Source of the DNA: Nitrospirota bacterium
GTDB lineage: Bacteria; Nitrospirota; UBA9217
Reading direction: 5' to 3'
NCBI GenBank assembly: GCA_963737155.1
Contig: CAVTRN010000001.1
Coordinates: 960,001 to 1,024,000 of the forward strand
Length of the DNA stretch: 64,000 bases
Part shown: positions 1 to 10,095 of the stretch, piece by piece
Position numbering within the stretch: the first letter of the stretch is position 1
How the letters are laid out: every line of letters starts with the position of its first letter
Program-made: the position numbers and the translations under genes
The notes under the pieces: model-generated
Seen by the model: only the letters and a program-made list of their open reading frames with translations
Told to the model about the DNA's origin: nothing
Databases searched by the model: none

Positions 1-4
1 GCAC

Positions 5-33
5 TTGACTCTCTTAAGTCAAAGAAGTACAAT
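5..33 (+). promoter_or_regulatory. sigma70-type promoter of HD-domain gene
   Basis: TTGACT(5-10)-17 nt-TACAAT(28-33), then GGGGAG RBS and ATG at 59. Confidence 0.6.
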
Positions 34-58
34 CACCGGGCTTGGGGAGCAGGCAATT

Positions 59-847
59 ATGAAACAGGAAGAACTCACGTCACTCAAAAACTGGTTTGCC
101 AGCTATTGCGCCTCTTTCTCCACCTCTGTTCGGGAAGATCAGCGGAATATAAGGGTTAAAGAGCGCCACACGCTGGAGGTCTGTTCGAATGCCTTGCGGA
201 TCGGACGCGCCTTGCAGTTGAATAGAGAGGACATGCTGCTCGCCGAGGCGATTGCGCTGCTTCACGACGTCGGCAGGTTCCCGCAATATCAGCGGTATAA
301 GACCTTCGACGATGGCATATCGGTAAACCACGCAACCCTGGGAGCACAGGTGCTTCTCGAGAAGAACGTACTCAGGACATTGCCCAAAGATCAGCGCGAA
401 CTTATTGTGCATGCCGTGACGCTGCATAATGTGTACTCCCTGCCGGGAAAACTTGATGATAGGACCATGATGTTCGTCAAACAGATCCGCGATGCGGACA
501 AGCTCGATATCTGGCGCGTGTTTGTAGACTATTTCAATCAGGAGCCCGACGGCAGGGCAACTGCTGTCGGGCTTGGACTACCTGATATCCCAGACTACTC
601 GCCTGGGATTCTTTCTTGTCTAACCAATGGTGAATTGGCCAACAAGCGGGACCTGCGGACTTTGAATGATCTCAAGATTCTCCAGTTGACGTGGCTATAT
701 GATCTAAATTTTGAAGCTTCGCTCCGCATGGTGCTCAAACGGGGATATATCGATAAATTAGCTGTGGTGCTTCCCGACGTTCAGGAGATTAACGATGCAG
801 TGAATTTTGTCCGGGCCTATGTGGACAGGAAGCTGGCGGGCGTCTGA
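59..847 (+). CDS. HD-domain metal-dependent phosphohydrolase
   Basis: H...LLHDVGRF...H...H...DADKLD motifs; start moved to ATG 59 behind RBS. Confidence 0.85.
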   Translation: MKQEELTSLKNWFASYCASFSTSVREDQRNIRVKERHTLEVCSNALRIGRALQLNREDMLLAEAIALLHDVGRFPQYQRYKTFDDGISVNHATLGAQVLLEKNVLRTLPKDQRELIVHAVTLHNVYSLPGKLDDRTMMFVKQIRDADKLDIWRVFVDYFNQEPDGRATAVGLGLPDIPDYSPGILSCLTNGELANKRDLRTLNDLKILQLTWLYDLNFEASLRMVLKRGYIDKLAVVLPDVQEINDAVNFVRAYVDRKLAGV

Positions 848-883
848 TAGGCCTTTCTGCGCTGGAAAAGTCAAAATTAGTCT

Positions 884-912
884 TTGCTTCGGGATGCTTA
901 ATTTGGTAAGAT
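884..912 (+). promoter_or_regulatory. sigma70 promoter with extended -10
   Basis: TTGCTT(884-889)-17 nt-TAAGAT(907-912), TG at 904-905. Confidence 0.55.
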
Positions 913-918
913 GAGTTC

Positions 919-1041
919 AGTCGCCCTATGAGCAAGAATGGCATGCAACCTGTTTAAACCACGGTGTTTAAGGAGTTTTGGCGTGGTTTGATCAGGCAAC
1001 GCCGACGTCCTTTGCATCTTTTTGTTTTGCTCAAGGCGATT
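919..1041 (+). ncRNA. candidate structured RNA (long rod), family not recognised
   Basis: Nested pairings 919-925/1035-1041, 929-937/1025-1033, 949-963/982-996; begins ~7 nt after a -10 box. Confidence 0.45.
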
Positions 1042-1253
1042 AAGTGTAGATAAGTCATTAAGTAGGCAACGCGATTTTTTTATAAGCCGTCTTTACTAGA
1101 AGTATAGCGACACAGCTTAATTTTTCAATGTTTATAAACATCGATCTTGCTTCGTTTCGCTCGAAATGATTGCATACATAAGTTATAGAACGTATCAATC
1201 CATAGTTCCGTACAAAGAGCCATATTCTTTTGGTTTGACATTGAGGGAGTTTA

Positions 1254-2558
1254 ATGCGAAATAACATTGTTTCACTCGGCGCCGATGAACTCAAGTACGA
1301 GATCCGGGAAATCGTCGCTGTAGCCAAGGAATTCGGCAAGCTGGGTCTCGAGATCAACTGGGAGAACATCGGTGATCCGGTGCAGAAAGGCGAGAAGCTT
1401 CCGGACTGGATCAAGGACCTAATCATCGGCACTATGAAAGATGATCTGACGTACGCATATTCGCCCACGAAGGGGCTTGATGCGACACGAGAGTATCTTG
1501 CCCAAAAGGCGAACAGGAACGGCGGCGTCAAGATCACGAAGGAAGATATCATTTTCTTCAATGGGTTGGGTGATGCCATCAGCAAGGTTTACGGACAGCT
1601 CCGGAAGGAATACCGAGTTGTCGGCCCGAGCCCGGCCTACAGCACCCATTCATCGGCGGAGGCATCGCACGCGGGTTCGGAGTATGTTTCCTACCGGCTC
1701 GACCCGAACAATCTCTGGTACCCTGATCTGAACGACCTCAGAATGAAGGTGAAGTACAACCCTTCCATCTCCGGCATTTTGGTCATCAATCCGGACAACC
1801 CAACGGGTGCAGTCTACCCGCGGGAGGTACTACTCGAGATCGTAGCCATCGCGAAGGAATTCGACCTGTTTGTCGTGTGCGATGAGATCTATATCAATCT
1901 GGCCTATAACGGTAAGAAGGCGGTGCCCCTTGCCGACGTGATAAATGGCGTGTGCGGAATCTCGATGAAGGGTATTTCCAAGGAACTCCCTTGGCCCGGC
2001 GCTCGGTGCGGATGGGTTGAGGTGTACAATGCAGATAAGGATCCTGTCTTCGCGAAATACATTAAGAGCATTGTAGACGACAAGATGCTTGAAGTCTGTT
2101 CCACCACACTGCCGCAGAAGGTGATCCCTGCAGTCATGAGCGATCCTCGGTACGAAAAACATATTGCGCACCGGAATGCCGTCTATGAACAGCGTTCACG
2201 CATCGCCTATGATCTTCTAAGGGATATCCCGGGCATCATAGTGAACCAGACAAACGGCGCTTTCTACATGACCGTCATGTTTCGTGATAATGTCCTGAAG
2301 CCGAATCAGAAACTGGCTGTTGCAAACTCCGCAGCCAAGGAAAGGGTAGAGCAACTTGTGAAAGATGTTGTTGCGCTCGACAAGCGGTTCGTCTATTACT
2401 TGCTGGCTTCCACAGGCATCTGCGTTGTGCCACTCACGGGATTCAACTGCGACCTCCAGGGGTTTCGCGTTACGTTCCTCGAATCGGATGACGCGAAGTT
2501 CAGATGGATCTTCAGTGTCCTACGGGACAAGATCTCGGAATATCTGCAGAGCGCCTGA
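1254..2558 (+). CDS. PLP-dependent aminotransferase class I/II (alanine transaminase-like)
   Basis: ENIGDP, INPDNPTGAVY, DEIY and GISKELPWPGARCGW (PLP lysine) motifs. Confidence 0.9.
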   Translation: MRNNIVSLGADELKYEIREIVAVAKEFGKLGLEINWENIGDPVQKGEKLPDWIKDLIIGTMKDDLTYAYSPTKGLDATREYLAQKANRNGGVKITKEDIIFFNGLGDAISKVYGQLRKEYRVVGPSPAYSTHSSAEASHAGSEYVSYRLDPNNLWYPDLNDLRMKVKYNPSISGILVINPDNPTGAVYPREVLLEIVAIAKEFDLFVVCDEIYINLAYNGKKAVPLADVINGVCGISMKGISKELPWPGARCGWVEVYNADKDPVFAKYIKSIVDDKMLEVCSTTLPQKVIPAVMSDPRYEKHIAHRNAVYEQRSRIAYDLLRDIPGIIVNQTNGAFYMTVMFRDNVLKPNQKLAVANSAAKERVEQLVKDVVALDKRFVYYLLASTGICVVPLTGFNCDLQGFRVTFLESDDAKFRWIFSVLRDKISEYLQSA

Positions 2559-2869
2559 GTATTGCCGGGCATCAGGATGAATGCGCCACACGATAGATTC
2601 CGGTATCGGGACATATGTTCACCACTACGTGCCCGCCAAATGCTTCCAGTGGCAATCCCTTTATCGATACGGACTTGCTCACAACGCCACAGTGCGTTTA
2701 GCTGGAAGAGCCCCTTTTGGTTGTTATCGCTTCCCACTTCAGTTCCATCCATTCGCCAGTCGAGGTTACAAAGTCCTATCTAAAGACCATCAATATTGAA
2801 TGTCTCTATGTTTGAAGGATCTGTATTTTTGATATTTGCCATACAAAAGCGCATGGAAGGTGGGAGCTT

Positions 2870-3985
2870 TTGAAAGTGAAAAAACGCGAGTCGGTCTTCG
2901 CGTTGGGTGGTATCGCCCATGATTTTAATAAGCTGCTCGTCGGGATACTCAGCAACATCGAGCTGGTCAATATGCAAGTCGTTTTTCATGGATGGACTTA
3001 TTATATGCTGACCGAGGCGGAGAAAGCCACATACAGGGTGAAAGACCTGACGTCCCAATTCCTGATGTTTGGAAAGGGGGAGCGTCGGCCAGAACGATGA
3101 TCGTCGCTGCGAACACCATACGGGATGCAGCCCGTTTGGCCCTCAGGGGCGCAATTCGAAGCCCATTGTTCCCATTCCTGAAGACTCTTGGCTTGTCGAA
3201 GCGGATGAAGGCCAGCTGAACCAAGTCATCAGCGATCTGGTCATTAATGCGGACCAAGCCATGCCCGGAGGAAAGCGATCATCATTGGCTGCAGGTATGT
3301 CACACTTGGGCCTAACGAGGTGCCCGCGCTCGTGGAAGAAACCTATGTAAAAGTATCTATCGGAGACCAAGGGTTGGGAATATCCGGAGAGCACCTCTCG
3401 CGGATTTTCGATTCCAATTTTAATACAAAGCAGAAGGGGTGCGGTCTTGGACTTGTAATGTCGTGTGCCATCATTAAAAAACATCTCGGAACCATTACAG
3501 TCGAGACCGAGGAGGGGAAGGGCAGCTTGTTCCATGTTTATCTCCCCGCTAAAGTAGATGCAGTTCCGAAGAATGCGGTCAGGAATGGGGATCTTCCCCC
3601 GGGAAAGCGGAGGATTCTCGTAATGGATGATGATGAATTCATCCGAGATGTCTGCGGTCATATTCTGCAGGCTCTCGGCTATGATGTTTTTTCCGCGATC
3701 GATGGAGCGGAGGCGCTTTACCTTTACTGGATTTCGAGAGAATCAGGAACTCCCTGTGACGCAGTCATCATGGACCCGACTATTGTAGGGGTCATGGAAG
3801 GAAGAGAGGCTATACAGAAACAGCTTGAGTTCGATCCCGATGCTAAAGCAATCGTGTCGAGTGGTTATCCGAACGATCCCGTGATTGCACATTATGAACA
3901 ATGCGGTTTTAAAGGAGCTGTCGCGAAACCCTATCGAATGAAAGATCTGGGTGAGGTATTGCAAAAAGTACTTTGTTCCCAGTAG
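2870..3985 (+). pseudogene. fragmented hybrid histidine kinase/response regulator
   Basis: HisKA GGIAHDFN (2870-3100), N-box QLNQVISDLVINADQAMPGG (3069-3350) and G-boxes plus receiver (3320-3985) in separate overlapping ORFs; no sensor domain. Confidence 0.8.
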
Positions 3986-4107
3986 TTGCCCACGGAATCT
4001 AATGGGGGCATGTGAACGACATTTTTCTTGATTTTTTGGGCAGTTCGTACGATAATGGCCGACTTACAGCACTTATTTCACTTTCCAGTCTGAGGAGGAT
4101 CGTAACA

Positions 4108-4761
4108 ATGAGAATCATTCTGTTGGGCGCACCGGGCGCGGGCAAAGGCACGGTTGCGAAACTTTTAACGGCTCTGGACGGTTCAGTCCAGATTTCCACC
4201 GGCGATATTTTGCGCGGCGCGGTGAAGGCCGGAACACCGCTCGGCAAAGAAGCGCAGGGTTTTATGGACCGGGGCGACCTGGTTCCCGATTCTCTTATCA
4301 TGGGCATCATGGGTCAGCGGCTGCAAGAGAAGGATTGCCAGAAGGGGTTCCTGCTCGACGGGTTCCCGCGAACAATACCCCAGGCCGATGCGCTCGGCGA
4401 GCTTCTTCAGAAGCACAACATCAAGCTCGATCTGGTGGCGAACATTGAGGTTCCGCGTGATGTGATCCTCGACCGTCTAACGACGCGCCGGACCTGTTCC
4501 AACTCCTCTTGCCAGGAGATCTACAACGTAAAGAGCAATCCACCGGCGCCTGGGGACAAGTGCAAGAAATGCGGCAGCCCGACTATTCAACGCGCCGACG
4601 AGACTGTGGAAGCCATTAGCAAGCGTCTTGATGTCTACAACGAAAAGACCGCTCCGCTCATCGGCTATTACGAAAAGAAGGGCATGCTTCTCACTATTAA
4701 AGAGGCCAGCAGCGACGGGGTGGTGAATGCCATCAAGAAGGGGATTGCTGCGAAGAAGTAA
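4108..4761 (+). CDS. adk: adenylate kinase with Zn-binding LID
   Basis: GAPGAGKGT P-loop, ISTGDILR, FLLDGFPRT, four LID cysteines; GAGGAGG RBS. Confidence 0.97.
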   Translation: MRIILLGAPGAGKGTVAKLLTALDGSVQISTGDILRGAVKAGTPLGKEAQGFMDRGDLVPDSLIMGIMGQRLQEKDCQKGFLLDGFPRTIPQADALGELLQKHNIKLDLVANIEVPRDVILDRLTTRRTCSNSSCQEIYNVKSNPPAPGDKCKKCGSPTIQRADETVEAISKRLDVYNEKTAPLIGYYEKKGMLLTIKEASSDGVVNAIKKGIAAKK

Positions 4762-4782
4762 TTCCTGTTGTTGTCGAATAAG

Positions 4783-4813
4783 AAAAGGCGGGATGCAGGT
4801 CATCCCGCCTTTT
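4783..4813 (+). terminator. intrinsic terminator after adk, potentially bidirectional
   Basis: AAAAGGCGGGATG-CAGGT-CATCCCGCCTTTT. Confidence 0.85.
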
Positions 4814-5140
4814 ATAGTCAGCTCCTTGTATTAGGATTGATTAATCCGGGGTCGGCAATGATCACGATATTGTGGATAATATAACCCATTTTAAATTGCC
4901 ATCATAAATATCTATGAGTAAATTGTAGCGATTCAGGTGGTGTTAAATACTAATTATAGTGCCATCAGTTTTAAGACGGTAGGTAAATTGAAGAAGCACT
5001 TTGATAATTTTCTAAACAGTCTCAACCCACCAAGCTGAATCACACATTTATTTACACGAACAAAACACCATTTCTTGCCAGAGAGCAAAGACAAGAGCAG
5101 TTCTTAGCTAATTCATAGCCATTGTGAATATATTCAAAAT

Positions 5141-6515
5141 CATTGCTGTCCAAGATAATCTAATTTCTGAGACTGACCCTAGCTAATCAATGCTTTTAGA
5201 CAGGTAAATCCATTTTCTCCGATCCAGGTTCTCCATCCTGCTGTCCAATTACCAGTACCTCAACACGAGTTGTTCCACAGACGGTACTATCGGCGGTGTT
5301 TCAAACGGATTATCCAACCATGTCCATAAATCTCGATACGTAAAGAGATTATAACGGAGCATAGCAACCAGATTCGACAGTGACCAGCCAAGCGTGGATC
5401 GGAACTTTAGGTACTTCAACACCAGGATGGCGATTAATGCTGTCCAAATTTGGGTCAACAGAGCATTTCGGCTTGTTCCCACAAACGTCTTGATCTTCAG
5501 ATTCTGCTTGATCGTCTTGAAAAATACCTCGATCTGCCAACGGTCCTTGTAAATGCTCGCGATGGTCGTCGCACCAAAGGTGAGGTGATTTGTCTACAGA
5601 ACGATGATCCGTTCATTTTCCTCGTCCCAAACCTCTACTCGTCGCAACGTATGTGGGCACTTCTTAATTGATTCGTAGGCCGTCAGTTCAATAAGTTCGT
5701 CTTTGATAATATTCCGGTTGCTGGGAACCTCCCATTTTTCGACAACCCGATAGGCTGCATTGTCCTTCTCTCTCGTTACAAAGAAAATCCCGGCCTGTGT
5801 CCATCGTGCAAACTGTTCATAGTCTACATATCCGCGGTCGATTGCCAAAATAGAACCCTTGGGAAACGTGAGCGTATGAGCGATGTTCACTTCATGCACA
5901 TTCCCTTCGGTTATACTGGCGAAGACCGGAAGGTATCCCTCATGATCCTACAACATGTGAAGTTTGACCGCACCTTTCGTCTGCCGAAACTTTGCCCAGT
6001 CAAATAATGTCACACAAAGCTCAATGGTCGTGGCATCGAGGCGGAACAGTTTGTTCTTAAACCGAAAAGGTTTCTTCCCGTGTGCCAGTACCCGGCATTT
6101 GGCCAAGAGCTGATAAAACACCTTCTGGTACAATTGCCACGGCCGATGCTCGTTGGCATAGGCCAGAGTGGAGCGTTTGGGCGCCACATCGATACCGAGG
6201 TGCTTAAGTTTTCCCAGGCATGTTGCCAGTCCTCTGCATATCTCACGCAGAGAATGCGCTTGACCCAACTGACAGAACAACATTGCGACAAACTGGCCCC
6301 AGCAACTGAATCCTTTTACACCCTTCTCGGCTCTCGTTTCCCGTACGGCCCTGACAAAATCCTGATGAGGAAAAATCTGTAGAATCTGTCCGAAGATACT
6401 GTTAAACTTGTTCATGGGGATGTCCTCCTCCAGCAAATAATGGTCTTCGACAAACCAAATTTACCTTAAAGAGGTTTCCCCTGCAATTACTCAATTATTA
6501 TCTTGGACGGGTGTG
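5141..6515 (-). mobile_element. complete IS4-family insertion sequence (ISPepr1-like), 1375 bp
   Basis: Imperfect IRs CATTGCTGTCCAAGATAAT (5141-5159) and ATTATCTTGGACGGGTGTG (6497-6515); 9-bp target duplication ATTCAAAAT at 5132-5140 and 6516-6524. Confidence 0.9.
5249..6415 (-). pseudogene. IS4-family DDE transposase with two in-frame TAG codons
   Basis: One reading frame of 389 codons; DATTI, DRGY and YKDRWQIEVFFK motifs; TAG at 5948-5950 and 5594-5596. Confidence 0.9.
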
Positions 6516-6660
6516 ATTCAAAATATATAAATAAAAGCATAAGGGTAGATATTCCCGCCATTTGTTTGTGCCATTATCACCGGCGATATCTAGTAGCGAA
6601 CGGGGCTACTCTTTATTCGAATTTTTTTTGTGTAAATATCCGCGGATTTACGTTCGAAGG

Positions 6661-6870
6661 TTATGTTGGTTCTATTAAATTATTATACTTTATTACCCTG
6701 TTCTTCCCTTTAGCTTTTGCCGTATACATTGCTATATCAGCTTGCTTTAATAGTTCTTGTACGGTTGCTCCCTCTTTATAAAACGTTGCACCGATGCTTA
6801 GTGTCCGTGACCTGTTCTTTGCATCAAGATTTTCTAGGGCTGAAGACAATTCATTTTTCAATTGTTGAAT
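6661..6870 (-). pseudogene. C-terminal GGDEF-domain fragment
   Basis: TLSIGATFY...ELLKQADIAMYTAKAKGKNRV; the GGDEF motif and N-terminal half are absent. Confidence 0.75.
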
Positions 6871-6974
6871 TTTTTCCATTGGTTTTGTGTTATGTTGATT
6901 ATCCTTGCGTATTAAAAACAATAAATTGTTAAGACCTTCTCCTAATCGACGATTGTAGGACAAGCTGTTTTACA

Positions 6975-7092
6975 CTGTAGCTTGCTACAGAGGATTGCAT
7001 ATAGGGAAGTATTTGAGAAATCGCAGGGTTCTCGTAAGATAATCGTCTTCCTTCTTATTGATACCCCACAGCTTGCTGTGGGGGAGGTTCAT
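6975..7092 (+). mobile_element. IS200/IS605-type non-autonomous palindromic element
   Basis: Two hairpins with AGCTTGCT core (6975-6990, 7064-7083), ending in TTCAT; similar to 31893-32030 and 61263-61291. Confidence 0.55.
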
Positions 7093-7684
7093 TAAGAGTT
7101 GTTGATACATTCCCGAAAGCCTTTGCACGAGCAGAGAAATCAATAAACCACCCTGTCGTAGAGTACTTGATGCTGCTCTTATTCCAGTTCATATCATAGT
7201 CAAGCTGAGAAGAGGCAAGATCTTAATGCGAGGCTAGTCATTAATTACGATTACAATTCTTATAAACATAAGCCGACTACTGCAACTTAATTCGAGTCCA
7301 GTACGGTAGCCAATAATAATCACGATGCAAATTAGTCTTCTTTTGCTATTTTATTGGTTCAAGTCCTAAGTTAGTAGGCAACTTTACGCCCTTTTTGATC
7401 ATGTGTCGGAAGCATTCAAGAGAGTGCGACCGCGCGCATGGGAATCGCCTAAGATGCCATGAATCGCTCTCTTTAGCAAGCAGCCGGTAAAGCGATACAA
7501 ATCGGAGAGAGGTCGTCTTGTACGTAAAATTTGTATCTTTTTTTCGATTTATTAAAAAAAGCTTCTAGAGCGGGGTTTATGACCGAATCGCCATAATTTC
7601 ACACACTCGATAGGAACTTGATCCAAAATAACAAAGAGGTTTATCATAAGTTCCGGAATAAAGTTCAAGAATACCATGCCTGTC

Positions 7685-7698
7685 ATGATATAAATCAT
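7685..7698. promoter_or_regulatory. possible Crp/Fnr-family (Fnr/Dnr/HcpR-like) site
   Basis: ATGAT-ATAA-ATCAT palindrome, 8/10 match to TTGAT-N4-ATCAA, upstream of the hemerythrin/PAS gene. Confidence 0.35.
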
Positions 7699-7743
7699 AT
7701 GAACTTATTATGAAGAATTATATTATGCAATCGTAAAAGGAGG

Positions 7744-9171
7744 ATGCCTATGGACCTGTCAGCTAAAACCAGAGTCAATGATCTTTTAATACGTTACCCC
7801 TTTTTAAAAGACTTTCTCATCAGTCTTAATCCCGAATTCAAAATGCTCGATAATCCCTTCATGCGCAAGACCGTGGGCCGGATTGCATCCGTGGGAAAAG
7901 TAGCCATGATCGGCGGGATGGATGCGAAAAAACTTCTCGACGACATAGCCGCGGAGATCAAGAAGGAAACCAGCGAGGAGGTCAGTGTTTCGTACGGTGA
8001 AGGCGGCCCTGATGAACAGGAGCTTAAGATTGACAAAATGAAGGAAATCATCAAGGAACTTCATGCTGGAAAAGATGCCGAGTCGCAGAAGAAAAAGTTT
8101 GAAGAACTGATTAAGGATGTGGCACCCTGGGAAATAGCGCAGATGGAGCAGAAGCTTATTGCCGAAGGCATGCCTGAGACTGAGATAAAAAGTCTCTGCG
8201 AGGTACATGTGCAGGTATTCAAAGAAGCGCTGGAGCATAAGACGGTGCCCGGCCTTCCTGCCGGACACCCGGTGCATACGCTGATGCTAGAGAACCGAGT
8301 TGCGGAGGATATCCTGAAAGAGCTGGAAGCGATTGCCGATTTTGTCGCGGAAAAAGAAAAGCTCCTTGGCATTCTCGGCCGCCTCGCCCAAATCGACAAG
8401 CACTTCCTCCGCAAGGAGAACCAACTTTTCCCGATTATTGAAACGAAGGGCATCACCGGACCCTCGAAAGTCATGTGGGCGCTTCATGACGACATCCGCG
8501 CGTTTATCAAGGACGTGCGGAAGCGTATTGTTGATGGGAAGATGGAGAAGGTGGCCTCCGAATCGCTGGTGAAAATGGTTAATGACATGATCTACAAGGA
8601 AGAGCACATCCTCTTTCCTATGGCGCTTGAAACGCTTTCCGAAGATGAATGGGCCAAAGTACGAAAAGGAGAAGAGGAGATCGGATTTGCATGGGTTAAG
8701 CCCGAAACGGAATGGAAACCTGCGGTGGAATCGTTCCAGCAAGAGCTTCTGGCCGAGAAAGTCGGCAGCCTGAATCTCGATACAGGCCAGCTCACAGCAG
8801 AGCAGGTCAACCTGATCCTGGTCCATCTTCCCGTTGATCTTTCTTTCGTGAACGAGAACGATGAGGTTGTTTATTATTCAGCCACGCCTGAGCGTATTTT
8901 CCCGCGCAGTCCGGGTGTGATCGGGCGAAAAGTACAGAATTGCCACCCGCACAAGAGCGTGGACATGGTGGAGAAGATTCTTGCATCGTTTAAGGCAGGA
9001 ACAAAGGATGTAGCGGAATTTTGGATCCAGATGCGCGACAGAGTGATTCTCATTCGGTACTTTGCCGTCCGCGATTCAGCAGGAAAGTACCGTGGTTGTC
9101 TCGAAGTTTCCCAGGACATTACAGAGATACAGAAGCTCACAGGACAGAAGAGGCTGCTAGATTGGGAGTAA
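7744..9171 (+). CDS. DUF438 family protein (DUF1858-like, DUF438, hemerythrin-like and PAS domains)
   Basis: LCEVH, GHPVHTLMLEN, HFLRKENQLFP, VMWALHDDIR, KEEHILFP; C-terminal PAS with IGRKVQNCHP. Confidence 0.9.
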   Translation: MPMDLSAKTRVNDLLIRYPFLKDFLISLNPEFKMLDNPFMRKTVGRIASVGKVAMIGGMDAKKLLDDIAAEIKKETSEEVSVSYGEGGPDEQELKIDKMKEIIKELHAGKDAESQKKKFEELIKDVAPWEIAQMEQKLIAEGMPETEIKSLCEVHVQVFKEALEHKTVPGLPAGHPVHTLMLENRVAEDILKELEAIADFVAEKEKLLGILGRLAQIDKHFLRKENQLFPIIETKGITGPSKVMWALHDDIRAFIKDVRKRIVDGKMEKVASESLVKMVNDMIYKEEHILFPMALETLSEDEWAKVRKGEEEIGFAWVKPETEWKPAVESFQQELLAEKVGSLNLDTGQLTAEQVNLILVHLPVDLSFVNENDEVVYYSATPERIFPRSPGVIGRKVQNCHPHKSVDMVEKILASFKAGTKDVAEFWIQMRDRVILIRYFAVRDSAGKYRGCLEVSQDITEIQKLTGQKRLLDWE

Positions 9172-9717
9172 AACCGATTCTATCCATACATGGGGCGGGA
9201 TTCTAAACCTGTCTTTTTTCCCAACTCAACATGGTAACTTTTAAAGTGTAGTTAAGCAGAGACTAGCACGGATGACTACAGAAACATCATGGGCTAAAAC
9301 ATATTTCAAATCGCCTAAAAGGAGATATTCAAGACTCTAAACTGTCATGCTGTCCATGTCTATCTGTATATCCGCATATCAAACCTGCGGTTTCCTTGTC
9401 ATTATTAGGATTCATCGCTTGACTTCAAAAATAATAGTGTGTAATAATTTTCTCACCTATCCGGACTCAGAGCAAATTCTCCGGATGTACTCAATCATAA
9501 CCTGGTACATCACAAGTGTCTTTAGTGCCATGGTGAAAAGCTCGTCTCATGACATCGAGAGCTAGATGCGATGCCCGGCGCGCTTGACTAGATCCTGGGC
9601 AGCAGAATGAGAGAGCAATGTGTTCGGAAGCCACCTGAGCGCGAACAGCTGCTTGAAAGAACGATGGAGATTCGCTATGGGTTCATCCATCTCATCTTAT
9701 TTTGAAGGAGAATTCGC

Positions 9718-9973
9718 GTGAAGCGTGTTCTAATTCTAGCAGTTGTGGCAGTGATAGTTATGGCAACAATGGCATTTGCCCGGGAAAACCTATCAGTTTA
9801 CCTGCAGGTTTTTGGAGGTCATGGACAATGTTACTGTTGTCGACAAGAACAGCGATAAATTCGAGATGAACAAAGATGCTAACACTGAGGTGAAAGGCGA
9901 CCTCAAGGTCGGAACAAAGGTGACTGTGAAGTACGAGTCCCACGCAGCAAAGATCGAATTAAAAAGAAAGTAA
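9718..9973 (+). pseudogene. small exported beta-rich protein, frameshifted near 9781
   Basis: AAGGAG RBS, GTG and a signal peptide (MKRVLILAVVAVIVMATMAFA) in one frame; mature part GKTYQF...GDLKVGTKVTVKY in another. Confidence 0.6.
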
Positions 9974-10095
9974 AAGAATAGGACACAGCAAATAGGGATC
10001 GGCTCCAGAAGATATCCGGGCGCCACTTTTTTGTGCAGTTCGACGGAAAAACGACAAGCCTGGCTTTTTACAGACGGGGAGAACTCCTTAGTTGC

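Noticed and set aside
5249-6415. Genome-wide TAG reassignment
   Set aside because: Many intact genes end in TAG at natural C-termini (cytochrome b, lon, gspE, gspM, porin) and prfA is intact
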